Origin: Selaginella moellendorffii
Taxonomy: Eukaryota; Plantae; Lycopodiophyta
Assembly: GCF_000143415.4 (NCBI RefSeq)
Contig: NW_003314274.1
Location: 2,028,623-2,092,622 of the forward strand
Reading direction: 5' to 3'
DNA length: 64,000 bases
Shown here: in pieces, positions 37,882 through 48,575 of the stretch
How the letters are laid out: each line of letters opens with the position of its first letter
Numbering within the stretch: the first letter of the stretch is position 1
Notes under the pieces: generated by a model
Seen by the model: the letters and a program-made list of their open reading frames with translations, nothing else
Databases searched by the model: none
Told to the model about the DNA's origin: nothing
Position numbers and translations under genes: made by a program

Positions 37882-39617
37882 ATGTGCTACACAATTAAAA
37901 ACCCAATAGTATTGGGTTGAGTGACTTCCTGGGAAGTCTAAATTCAGGAGTTTACAATGTGCAACACAATTAAAAACCCAAAAGTGGGATATATAAGGAA
38001 TAAAGTTTGTCCAAAATGCTTAAAAGGTTTTACCATCTACTATAATTATAGCTTCTTGTTACAATGTCTTATTGAGATATACATCATTTAACAAAAGGCA
38101 AGCAACATTGACAAGAGTGTGATTTTTTCTTTTCACAATACTATTTTACTAAGAAGTGTAATAGACTATAACTTGAAATTATATGCATATATCACAACAA
38201 TGACCCAAATCTCATTGTTGAGGTGTTCACCACCACTATCAACCCAAAGAACTTTTATCTTGTGGTCAAAAAGATTTTAACAATTATGTTGCTTTTGCCC
38301 ATCAAGAAGTGGATGCATATCTAACAGATATAATTATTAATGAATGTGCTTAAAATGTTTTGCACTATCATGGCTTGGCATGTTCATGGGGCCGCAAAAA
38401 TCAGAATGGACCAAGTCTAGAAATCTAGTTATTTGATATTTGTTTGGTGAGAAATTTTAGTGGTGATACTTGCTAGAACACAAGCTTCATAAATGTAGAT
38501 AGAATACATTGGAAATTCAATCTAGTAACAATGCTTTGGGATATCATTTGCTAGAAAAATTAATAATGTAAATGACCAAGTCTCTTATGCCAAAGTTCAA
38601 TATGAAAATCTGCCTCTATAATTTGGAAAGCTTGAATTGAGTTAATAACAGTAATCTTATAAAAATCCCCTATGCATTTCCCACAAAGCAACTATATATC
38701 AAATATGGATAAGTTGCTAGAGTCAAACTCTTTTTGCATTAAAAACTATCATTACACTTTGATTGCAATTTTTGGTAGCAAACATTAAATTTCATTACAA
38801 GGTGGAAATGTGCATGGCATCATAAAATGCCATAATCCTCCCATGATCAAGTGAGAGTTGAAATTGCTTAATGCCTTTCACAAAGATAGTGGTATCATTA
38901 TTTAAATGAACGCCATATTTTCCAATACTTATCTAGTGATACTCAAAAAGATTTTTCTTTATTACCCATAAGATTAGTAAAATTAAAGCTTAGGAGCCAC
39001 CTACTAGATGCCATAATTTCCTCTAGAGCTCCTTGTCAACCTCATTCCTCAACTTTATCGCTCTTGAGTAGATTAGTTTTTGCCATAGTAGCTAATTACT
39101 TGATAAGTTTCGAAGTTGCAATCTCAAGCTTAATAGCCCATCTCTATGCAGCAAATGTATTGATTTTTATCTTTGGTTAAATTTTTGCCCTTTCTAGGCA
39201 TTTACTACTGCATATGGTTTTGCCACTTTAGCATCACTAGAAACCTACAAAAAATATGTAATCTATGGCATTTTAGCTCTCTTGTTCTACACAACCTCAA
39301 TATTGCCAAGACCTCATGGCATTTGCCCAAGTCATCCTTAAGTGGAAAAGTAGACTCTCAATTGTGTTCTTTTAGCTAGCCAGTAGGGACTTGTAGAGCC
39401 ACAACCTCTACTACTCATCTATGAAACAATATTTTGCCCTAACAACCATAAGTTGTGTAAAGAAGATCTAGAGTTTGGTAGTGTGAGTTTAGATACTACC
39501 ATTTTCTTTTAGCTTGAGAAGTCCATTTGAAATAAATAAGGGAGTGAACCTTAGGCCGATGATAAATTGTACTAAACTTCAACTTGATTAAGGCATTATA
39601 GCTTTAAATCCCATAGG

Positions 39618-40214
39618 TGTAAGTTTCTAAGTTTGGACTTCCCGAGAAGTCATCCAACCCAATACTATTCAAACATAAGGATGCAACCTTAAATATCCTA
39701 AGACCCTTAATCGATTAAAAAAGAGGGTGCATTCTTGTTCATTGGCCCTTTCCCTCTATATTTGAACCCTATGGATTGTCTTTCAAATTGTTTTCTTTGG
39801 TTACTTACAATCCACCATACTTTCCTGCAAGTTCATGCCCTCATGAATGGAAGTTAAAAGCCGCAACTTTCCTGAGAGCCCTGCTCTTTTGACACCCTAC
39901 CCCTCGGGTCAAGCCCAGCCAAAGCAAATTGGATCTGCCAGATGTCAATTAATATATGATGTGATTCTCTTAGCTAACCAATAGAGTTTGACCTAAGACC
40001 TTTCTGATACCAAATGTAAACTCTTGAGTTTAGACTTCCCAAGAGGTCACCCAACCCAATACTATTCAAACCCAAGGATAGTTCTATTTAAACCCAAGGA
40101 TGCTTAACCCAAATATCCCAAAACTTTTAACCGATTAGAAAAAAGGTGCACTCTTGTTCATGGACCCTTTCTCTTTATATGGATCGTCTCTCAAGTCGTT
40201 CTTAGTTATTTACA
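39618..40214 (-). mobile_element. Complete Cassandra-like TRIM nested in the gypsy 3' LTR
   Basis: LTRs 40015-40214 and 39618-39809 (TGTAA...TTACA); PBS TTTGGTATCAGAAAG; ~205-bp non-coding interior; PPT-like GGAAAGTATGGTGGA; imperfect TSD ATAGG/ATATG. Confidence 0.87.
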
Positions 40215-42387
40215 ATATGTTTTAAAATATTCTTAGAATATTCTTGTGGTTTGTGTCATTCTCCCCTCCTTCATAACCCAGCCACGTATGGCAACCTCGA
40301 GAAGTTAAACAAGCTTCACATGAAGGGAGTCCAAGGCAATACAACCATGGAGAAGAGATATGCAAACAACAATACCAACATTGTGACAAATAAGCACGAA
40401 AGAAAGAAAGCAATACAGCTTTCTTACATGACAATACAATCATAGAAATAAGAGAATGAAAATAAAACAAATGGCTTAAATTATATAACAATACAGCTAT
40501 AAAACTCAATTCTCCTCTTCCTCAAGAATGTTATCCAAGTTATAATCAAAACTTGGAAACACTTTTTTCATGTCATCCTTAGTTTCCCATGTAGCTTCGT
40601 CTATGGAATAACCATTCTACTAAACTAACAACTCTATAGTTGTCTTCTAGTGTGTTTTCACCAATCTTTGAGTAAGAATATTAGCCAAACCAGCATCAAT
40701 GTCTAGGACCTAAATGATGGATTGATCCATAATATCACTAAAGTGCAAACATGCTTTAATTTTGCTCACATGGAATATTGGATGAATCTTCAAACTAGCT
40801 GACAATTTCAAAGTGTATGCAAGATCCCCCACATACTATAAAATTGTCAAAGCCCATAATACCATAGAGACAACTTAGCACTGCCACTTCCTTTTAAAGA
40901 CCGTTGTGCATCCAATAGCTTAAAGAAAACTTTGTCACCAACTTTGTACTCTTGATAACAATGATGTTTATTAACTAGTCTTTTGTCTTGATCTTGAACT
41001 TGCCTCTGCCGAGTCAAGCTTGTCTTGCATATCCTCCAAAAAATCATAAACATAAAGTATTTGAACCAAAGCTAAACTTAAACTTATGAGAGATCTAGGC
41101 TTATAACCACATATCATTATAAATGGAGATATGTCAATAGTTGATTGATGAGCGCTATTGTAAGTAAATTGAAGCAAAGACAAGTACTTCTCCTATACTC
41201 TCTGTTGAGTTAAATTTCCCATAAATGACCTTAACATATCTTCCAACAGCTAATTCATACATTTTGTCTGCCCATTTGATTGTAGATGCTCACCACTACT
41301 CATGCTCAACTTAGTTTCTAGCTTCTTAAAGACCGTTTGCCAAAACTTGGATATGAACTTGGGATCCTAATCACTCATATTGTCACCTAACAAACCATAA
41401 AGATTAAATAATTAGTTTATAAATAATTAAGCAAGTTCAAAAGCTTTAATAGTCGTTTTCACTAGGAAGAAGTGAGCCATCTTCATTAAACAATCCACAA
41501 CAACCCAAATAGCATCATTTCCTTGAAAAGTCTTGGGCAAACTAATAATAAAGTCTATTAAGATACTATCTTAATTATTTTTGGTACACATAGAGGATGA
41601 TAGAGGCTAGCAAACTTCTGATGATCAACTTTGACCGCTTGGCTGGTCAAACAATCACATGCATACTTCTCAAAATCTAACTTCATCCTAGGCCAAAAGA
41701 AATGCCTTTTCATTAACATATACATTCTCAATACCCTTGGATTTAACTAAAATCCTTTTGATGAGTTTGTCAACACAAGGAACTAGCACATGTCCCTTTT
41801 TCACTAGGATTCCATTTCATATCTCAAATGACACAAACTTGTCACTTTTCAAATTTGTAAAGGTGTCTCTTAACAAAACCTTCACAAGAATATCAGTGAT
41901 AAATGAGATAAAATTTAACATCTTGGATAATGCATAAACCATTTCATTGTCACCTCCATGCTTGTATCGGATCTTAACAGACATTTCATATAGGAACTCT
42001 TCCTAATGAGCAAGGCAGCTTCAAAGATCCTTTTGTTAGCTAAAATACTAGAGAGATTGATGATCTAAATCCACATAAAAGTTTGATCCATATAGATAAT
42101 GTTGCCATTCTTTCATAGTAGTAATCACAATATACAACTCTTTATCTTGAGTAGGCTAATTCCGTTGTATGGCATCAAATTTGTGAATCATGTATACAAG
42201 AGAATGCCTAACTTGAAGCAATATGGCCCCAAAAACACTATCACTCACATCATTGCTTATAGATTCTATTACAGTCACTTTATCATTCATTTACCCCTTC
42301 AAAACAATCCTTGCTCTAATGTCCATCCCTATGGTAACAAAAACAATTGCCCTCTTTTTTATCCTTTTCTTGTTAACCCAAATCTAG

Positions 42388-42582
42388 TGTAAGCTCTTGA
42401 GTTTGGACTTCCAAGGAGGTCACTTAGCCCAATACTATTCAAACCCAAGGACACTTAACCCTAAGTATCCTAAGACTCTTAACTGATTAGAAAAAGGGGG
42501 TGCACTCTTATTCATGGGCCCTTTCCCTCTATATTTAAACCCTATGGACTATCTCTCAAGTCGTTCTCTTTAATTGCTTACA
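42388..42582 (-). mobile_element. Solo LTR of the Cassandra-like TRIM
   Basis: 195 bp, TGTAAG...CTTACA. The minus strand of 42405-42459 matches the plant 5S rRNA box A-IE-box C segment at 43/55 positions without gaps. Confidence 0.85.
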
Positions 42583-43559
42583 TGCAGTTTCTTAACCTCA
42601 TTGCCATCTTCATGCTTCGAACCCCAATGTATCAACAGTTGTTTCTTCCTTGAATATGAAGTATTGGTTCATCATATCTATCCTGTTGACAAGAGTTGAC
42701 TAAATTGACTGATGGTTTGGGTGAAAAGATGTTAGTGATAGCATCAGTCAATGTTGCTAAAAAATCCTTTTTAACCTTTTATTACATAGCCATTAAGCTT
42801 AAACCTTTGATAAAACATTGCACCTTTATAGATGCCCGTAAAACTAAGGCAAAGATCACAGAATTTGCAAGTATATGCATCCAAAGACAAAGTCCCCTAC
42901 TAAATCTCTAACACCTAGTTCACAAGATTAACCTCTTTAAACTTCTTGACAAACAAAGTATGGAAAAATTTCATTAAATCACTCTAAAAAGTCAGTTTTG
43001 GATTAGCTTTGATGTAATTCTTCCACCATAAAGAAGTATAATCTGTAAGCATTATCACAAAAAAATCAATCTTCACTTTATCCTCACAAGGATTGTGAGA
43101 CTAACAACTTTCCCACAATTCTAACTAAGAATCAACCTTTTGACTATTATAAACATTTGGCAATGACTTCCATTCCATAATACCATAATCTTTAGCATGT
43201 TTGACATATTAATGATAATCATAGACGTAAGGTTGATTCAACCCTTTGAGGATCCATATGAAGCAAGAAATCCTTAATGAGATTGATGGAATCCTTAACC
43301 TCCTTAATGTTGTTTTGAACCTCAGAAATTTAGCATTCTTGCCGCACAACAACATCATCAAGAGTCTCTTCCTCATCATCATGGCCATCATCAACAACAC
43401 CATACTCCTCATCAAGATTAATATCTTGCTCATTTGCCATCCCTAAAAGAACATGTTGCTCCGATACCAATGAAATGAACAAGTTTTAAGGCATTACAAC
43501 CTTAAATCCCATGGCCATAAAATATTCTTAGAATATTCCCATGGTTTGTGTCACCATTG

Positions 43560-43800
43560 TGAATGGATGGATGTTGAAGACATTAATCTCAGTCTTGGCA
43601 CCATAGGTGTCCCTCAACCACTTCCAAAGTGCTGCCACAATAGACTTGGGAATCGATAGAGTAGCAAAGAGAACATTTAAGGGCAAACATATCACAATGC
43701 TCCTTATAGCTTTGGAATCCTAGAGGTTCCAGTCATGCACTTCAACAGCACTAGAGCTGGGAGATGGGAAATGTCCCATCTACAATCCCTAACAAACCAT
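43560..43800 (-). mobile_element. Ty1/copia gag remnant
   Basis: HDWNL*DSKAIRSIV ... SIVAALWKWLRDTYGAKTEINVF, resembling copia gag (UBN2-type) motifs. Confidence 0.5.
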
Positions 43801-44276
43801 GAAACAAAAGGTAAGATTCAAGAATCCCTTCTCCATCAAATTCACAGATGGATAGCTTTCCTTCCATAACTCCTATACTATGAAAAAAATCAGGATCAAG
43901 CATATTGCACTAGCAAACAGACCTGATGTATATGGGGCGAGGTGTGTCTCATAACAGGAGGCAGAGGTGAAAGGAATGCTGCTCCTGAGTGTCGTGGTGG
44001 AAGACAGTGCTAGCCTCAGCCTGAAAGTGGCAGAAGGTGAAGATTGGAAAGATGGCATTTCAAGCGTTGGGAGCACTAGAGGTGGAGGTAGAGAAGGATG
44101 AAGCTGGATATACTGGAGCTGAGATGTGGGAAGAACATGCAGAAGCAATAAGAAGAGCTTGTTCTTGGCAAGTTAGTATTTCCTTCCAGTTCTTCCAGAA
44201 CACTGAAAGCAGCAGCACATGAGAAGCTACAAGCTGAGTGCTGTGATTCTGGGAGGGCTCAAAGGCATGTTGTATC

Positions 44277-44517
44277 TGTTAGAACTAAGCTGAACATGCA
44301 CACAGCCAGGGCAGGTAGCTTACTGGTAGAGTACTTGGCACCAGTGTAGGAGGTCCTGGGTTCAATCCCCGGCCTGTCCAGATCCATTTTCCAACATGGT
44401 ATTGGAGCTATGGCCTGTGGTAGGCAGCAGGTAGGGATGTGTGGCGTGTTCAGCTTAGGGGGGACTGTTAGAACTAAGCTGAACATGCACACAACCAGGG
44501 CAATCCAGTTTAGAACG
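44277..44517 (+). mobile_element. Miniature non-autonomous LTR element with a tRNA-derived LTR
   Basis: LTR1 44277-44396 (TGTT...AACA); PBS TGGTATTGGAGC 44397-44408; PPT AGGGGGGA 44457-44464; LTR2 from 44466, repeating the first 37 nt of LTR1 with one mismatch. Confidence 0.82.
44309..44380 (+). tRNA. tRNA(Ala)-like cloverleaf inside the LTR (probably not a translational tRNA)
   Basis: 7-bp acceptor stem GGGCAGG/CCTGTCC with G3:U70; D arm with A box TAGCTTACTGG; T arm CTGGG-TTCAATC-CCCGG (B box); discriminator A; downstream TTTT. The anticodon arm is weak and lacks U33. Confidence 0.7.
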
Positions 44518-44813
44518 AATTCAAGGCTATACCAACAATGGGGAAATGCTGAGAACTTTGGGCATCTTATCGATGGTTCTTCTATGATGCCGGTCGTTTG
44601 TGCTCAAGGGGTGTTGGCGGTGGCAGAAGATGCTGGTGGAGAGGATTTCGATCAGATTTGTTAGTTTATAAACCACTGAATTTGGAATATTCCTAGACCG
44701 GGTTCGTCATGCCTCTTGATCGTAACTTGGAGAAACGGCATCTTGCCGGGCGTGCCACACCATGCTCGTTTGGAGGTTGGACCATTTTCTTTGTTAGCTC
44801 CAACATTAGCCCG

Positions 44814-47800
44814 TTACAGAAAGAAGAACGATTTACTACAAGTATGTTTTGCTATAGACTTTGATCGAGTCACGTCCATTGCTCCACGCGTCTCTTCGAC
44901 TCTCTTGCTACTCCACAGGCCCTTCCACTCTCTTGCTAGTAGGACACGTGGACCCTGTAGAAAACCTCCCGCTGTTACAAATGTCACAGGACGGTGTTGG
45001 CTTCCATAAACTACACTGTTTACCAGAATTATGACGACACGGAGGCACGTCAGATGTGTCTGGAGCGTCATCACTTCAAGGCCCTGGTGGTTGTAGGAGG
45101 ATTCAGCTAGAAGATTGGCATTAGAACTCGAATTCTTATCTACAGATAGGTACCTTGAGTTGATGTAGGGGACCTGGAAGATCGTGACAACAGTTGTCGA
45201 TTCCCGCTACTCCTATTTTGTCTTGGGTTGAGATGATGGATGTTAGCCTTAGTGGCGCTCGAAGAGAAAAAGACTGTCGAGCCAAAAACAAAAATGACAG
45301 TTAATAAGAAACAACATAAAGACAATACTCACTGTTACGAAGAAAGCCCCGCGGAATTGCAGTCTACTCTAAGTTCTGTTCTATAGCTCGTTCAAATTCT
45401 ACACAGGAAGTTAGAAGATTAGAAAAGGAAGAACATTACAAAACCACGACACTTACCAGCCACTGTCGAGGTGACCCTGAGCTCCCAAGTTGCAAATCTC
45501 TCTCGCAGCTGTTCAATTGCTTGGGTGGTGACAAGAGTTCGTGGTTTTATCCACGTGATGGTAACAGTGGCATCCACGCCATCCATGATTCCTTCAAGAA
45601 TGTGTTCAGAGAACATGTGCATGAGCAAGAATTCCACGTCACGGTTCACTTCTTTCTGTAACAAAGGCAATTGATATGTTCCACAGCTAGGAACAAACAC
45701 AAAGTTTTAGATTTTATCAAACATAGACTTGAACATCATACCTCGTGATTAGACACCTCAGTTTCATTACTTCAAACTTGAATCGTGGAAAACTTTCAAA
45801 GTAAACGGCTGGAAAGATCTTTTCCGTGTAAAGCTTGACATTGGCAGTGTTGAACGTGGTGAGTTGACAACGTCGTTTTTCTCCCTGAATAATTCATGAT
45901 AAATGGTACTGTTCAAAATCAACTTAAAACCTTACCAGATCCGCTTGGCAGGTTAGGAGGTCACCAAAGTCACAGCCAGTGAAAATAGCAGCGAATACCA
46001 TTTCATCCAAGATACGCTATCACACACAGAGTAACAATATGTTATTTTGAGAAGTCGTAGATAGATACCTCTCTGGTGTCTTCATAAGCTGCTCGCAAAC
46101 ATGCCAGGATTGATAACCCGTGGTGGTAGAGTCCTTTCATGTCCTCGGTATACCTGAAGTATTCGTAGAGCTGCCACTGTAGAGCGTCTCTGAATGACGG
46201 ATGCAACGATGTTTTGTCCAACGTGTTTTCAATGTCTTCCAGATGCATGCGACACTCGCTGAATTCATAAGACACTCGCTTTTGCGCAGCCACGAATAGT
46301 TTTCCCAACATAGCGGCTTCTATAGGAAGACCAAGCTTTTGCAGTGCTTCCGTGTAGTCTAGATGCCACTCTCGAATGAGTGGATTCACCACCAGCGTCT
46401 GCCATTTCTGAACACACATTAAAAAAAAAGTGAAATGAGACAAGAGAAAGTGAAATGAAAAGACACATACCTTTTGTGGGATGATCTTAATCCACGGTTG
46501 AAGAAGACCATGCCTCTCCTTCCAATCTCGAAGAAGTACAATAAACATTCCACCACCCTTCAGAGCAGAAAGTCTTTTGCAATAGCTTGTCGGGTCCTTG
46601 GGAAGACCATAGGAAATAACAGCATTTACACCATCTGGAATGGTGTCTAATTTGCACCCGTCCGTCAATATGATGAACCTGGCTGTTGGCTGTTGGTAGC
46701 TGAGCCAAATCTGAGCTGGCTGCCCTGTTTTTGCTTCCACAATATCTCCCACGGTTTTGAGCTGCGACGAAGTATCAGACCAATAAATCAGGCACCTTGT
46801 GAGACCCGGAAACAGAACACCAATGTTCTCTACAACACGTCCGAAGTTTCGAAGCTTTCCGACCATCACGTACTGAATGACATTCTTGGGAAACATATAC
46901 TGTAACGTACGAGGTTTAGATGACGCGCTACAATAACTTTTTTAAATAGTAAGCCATTTACCTTGTCACCATTCTCTTCGAGAGTATCACCGAGAGAATT
47001 GCACTGCGGCTGGCCTGAAAGCTCACACCCTTGCATCGCCTGTGCCAACTAACGGGGTTACAACGACATATCTTGCTTGATGGAAGTACACTTACCTGTA
47101 CTTCGTCGTCCGTGTTTGCTTCATCATGGACTTGACAAACTCCAGTAACGATTTGGTTATCATGCGTCCTTGTGCTCTTGTCGCAGGACTGAAAGCTGGA
47201 GCTTGCGAGCAGCGTCGGATGTCCTTGTAGCTACCAGAAGCCAAACAAGTATGTATACAAAGCTATGTCACAGAACACTCCTATGTACCTCTTGGTGTGG
47301 CGCCTCATTGTTGGAAGCTTTGCAAGAATTGCACTGCGGCTGGCTTGAAAGTCCAGACCCTTGCATCACCTGTGCCAACGAACAGGGTCACCACGACATA
47401 TCTAACTTGATGGAACTACCTGTACTTCTTCGACCGTGCGTGCCTGATCATGGCAAACTCCAGGAATGATTTGGTTATCATGCGTCCTTGTGCTCTTGTC
47501 GCAGAACTGAAAGCTGGAGCTTGCGAGCAGCGTCGGATGTCCTTGTAGCTACCAGAAGCCAAACAAGTAGTATACAAAGCTATGTCACAGAACACTCCCA
47601 TGTACCTCTTGGTGTGGCGCCTCATTGTCGGAAAATGTGCAAGAATTGCACTGCGGCTGGCTTGAAAGTCCAGACCCTTGCATCACCTGTGCCAACGAAC
47701 AGGGTCACCACGACATATCTAACTTGATGGAACTACCTGTACTTCTTCGTCCGTGCGTGCTTGATCGTGGGAAACACCAGTAACGCTTTGTTTGCCATGC

Positions 47801-48316
47801 GTCCTTGTGCTCTTGTCGCAGGACTGAAATCTGTAGCTTGCGAGCAGCGCCGGATGTTCTTGTAGCTACCAGAAGCCAAACAAGTAGTATACAAAGCTAT
47901 GTCACATAAAACTCCCATGTACCTCTTGGTGTGGCGCCTCATTGTCGGAAAATGTGCAAGAATTGCACTGCGGCTGGCTTGAAAGTCCAGACCCTTGCAT
48001 CACCTGTGCCAACGAACAGGGTCACCACGACATATCTAACTTGATGGAACTACCTGTACTTCTTCGTCCGTGCGTGCTTGATCGTGGAGAACACCAGTAA
48101 CGCTTTGTTTGTCATGCGTCCTTGTGCTCTTGTCGCAGGACTGAAAGAGCGGCGTCGGATGTCCTTGACACTACCAGAAGCAAAAGAATATACATACAAA
48201 GCTATCTCACAGAAAACTTTCACGTACCTCTTGGCTTGGCGCCTCGTTGTCGATCTTCTGATCCTAGAAACAGTGGCAATGGCCCGTAATATCGTGTCTC
48301 GATCATCGCACAGCAC
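44814..48316 (-). pseudogene. Lineage-specific multi-exon gene or pseudogene with a degenerate DEAD-box helicase-like domain
   Basis: FIILTDGCKLDTIPDGVNAVISYGLPKDPTSYCKRLSAL..GGMFIVLL resembles helicase motifs V-VI without the catalytic residues. GT-AG introns are present and there are stops in the repeated part. Limits are uncertain. Confidence 0.45.
46995..48250. repeat. Tandem repeat, 4 units of ~317-330 bp
   Basis: Marker AGAATTGCACTGCGGCTGGC at 46995, 47325, 47642 and 47959. Confidence 0.92.
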
Positions 48317-48435
48317 AGCTTTACCTTGTTATCCATCGCAAGATCTGCTATGCGTCTCTCCGGCTGCAAAGCCACACACTGAGGATCGAGAATCATCGCA
48401 GAAACGAAGTCCTACCTTTCAATCCGATGCACAGC

Positions 48436-48575
48436 GCCAGCGGCAACCTGCGATCTAGCAGCGGCAATGCGCAATCCGGCAGCGGCCGCAAGCGGCAATG
48501 CACAATCCACAGGCAGCGGCAATGCGCAAACAGCAGCGGTCGCAAGCGGCAAGGCGCAATCCACCAGCAGCGACG
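48436..48575. repeat. GC-rich degenerate minisatellite (CAGCGGCAA...GCAATCC)
   Basis: About six (C/A)AGCGGCAA cores followed by AACCCTAG. Confidence 0.7.

Larger units (their letters stand above)
39560..43553 (-). mobile_element. Decayed Ty3/gypsy chromovirus-type LTR retrotransposon
   Basis: LTR 43471-43553 (TGACACAAACC...); PBS TGGTATCGGAGC 43458-43469; gag remnant; integrase GNDAIWVVVDCLMKMAHF; chromodomain ELLV..NGYSIDEATWE; PPT AAGGAGGGGAGAA 40259-40271; 3' LTR starts at 40258 and is split by a TRIM. Confidence 0.85.

Noticed and set aside
38000-39500. Decayed DNA transposase
   Set aside because: The composition is coding-like but no motif could be read with confidence, and no TIR or TSD was found.
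37257-42459. 5S rRNA genes
   Set aside because: Only the ~55-nt internal promoter segment is present, always inside the same LTR; the 5' half of 5S is missing.
44309-44380. Functional tRNA-Trp(CCA) gene
   Set aside because: The CCA-containing loop lacks U33, the anticodon stem is mismatched, the acceptor stem has alanine identity, and the sequence sits inside an LTR.
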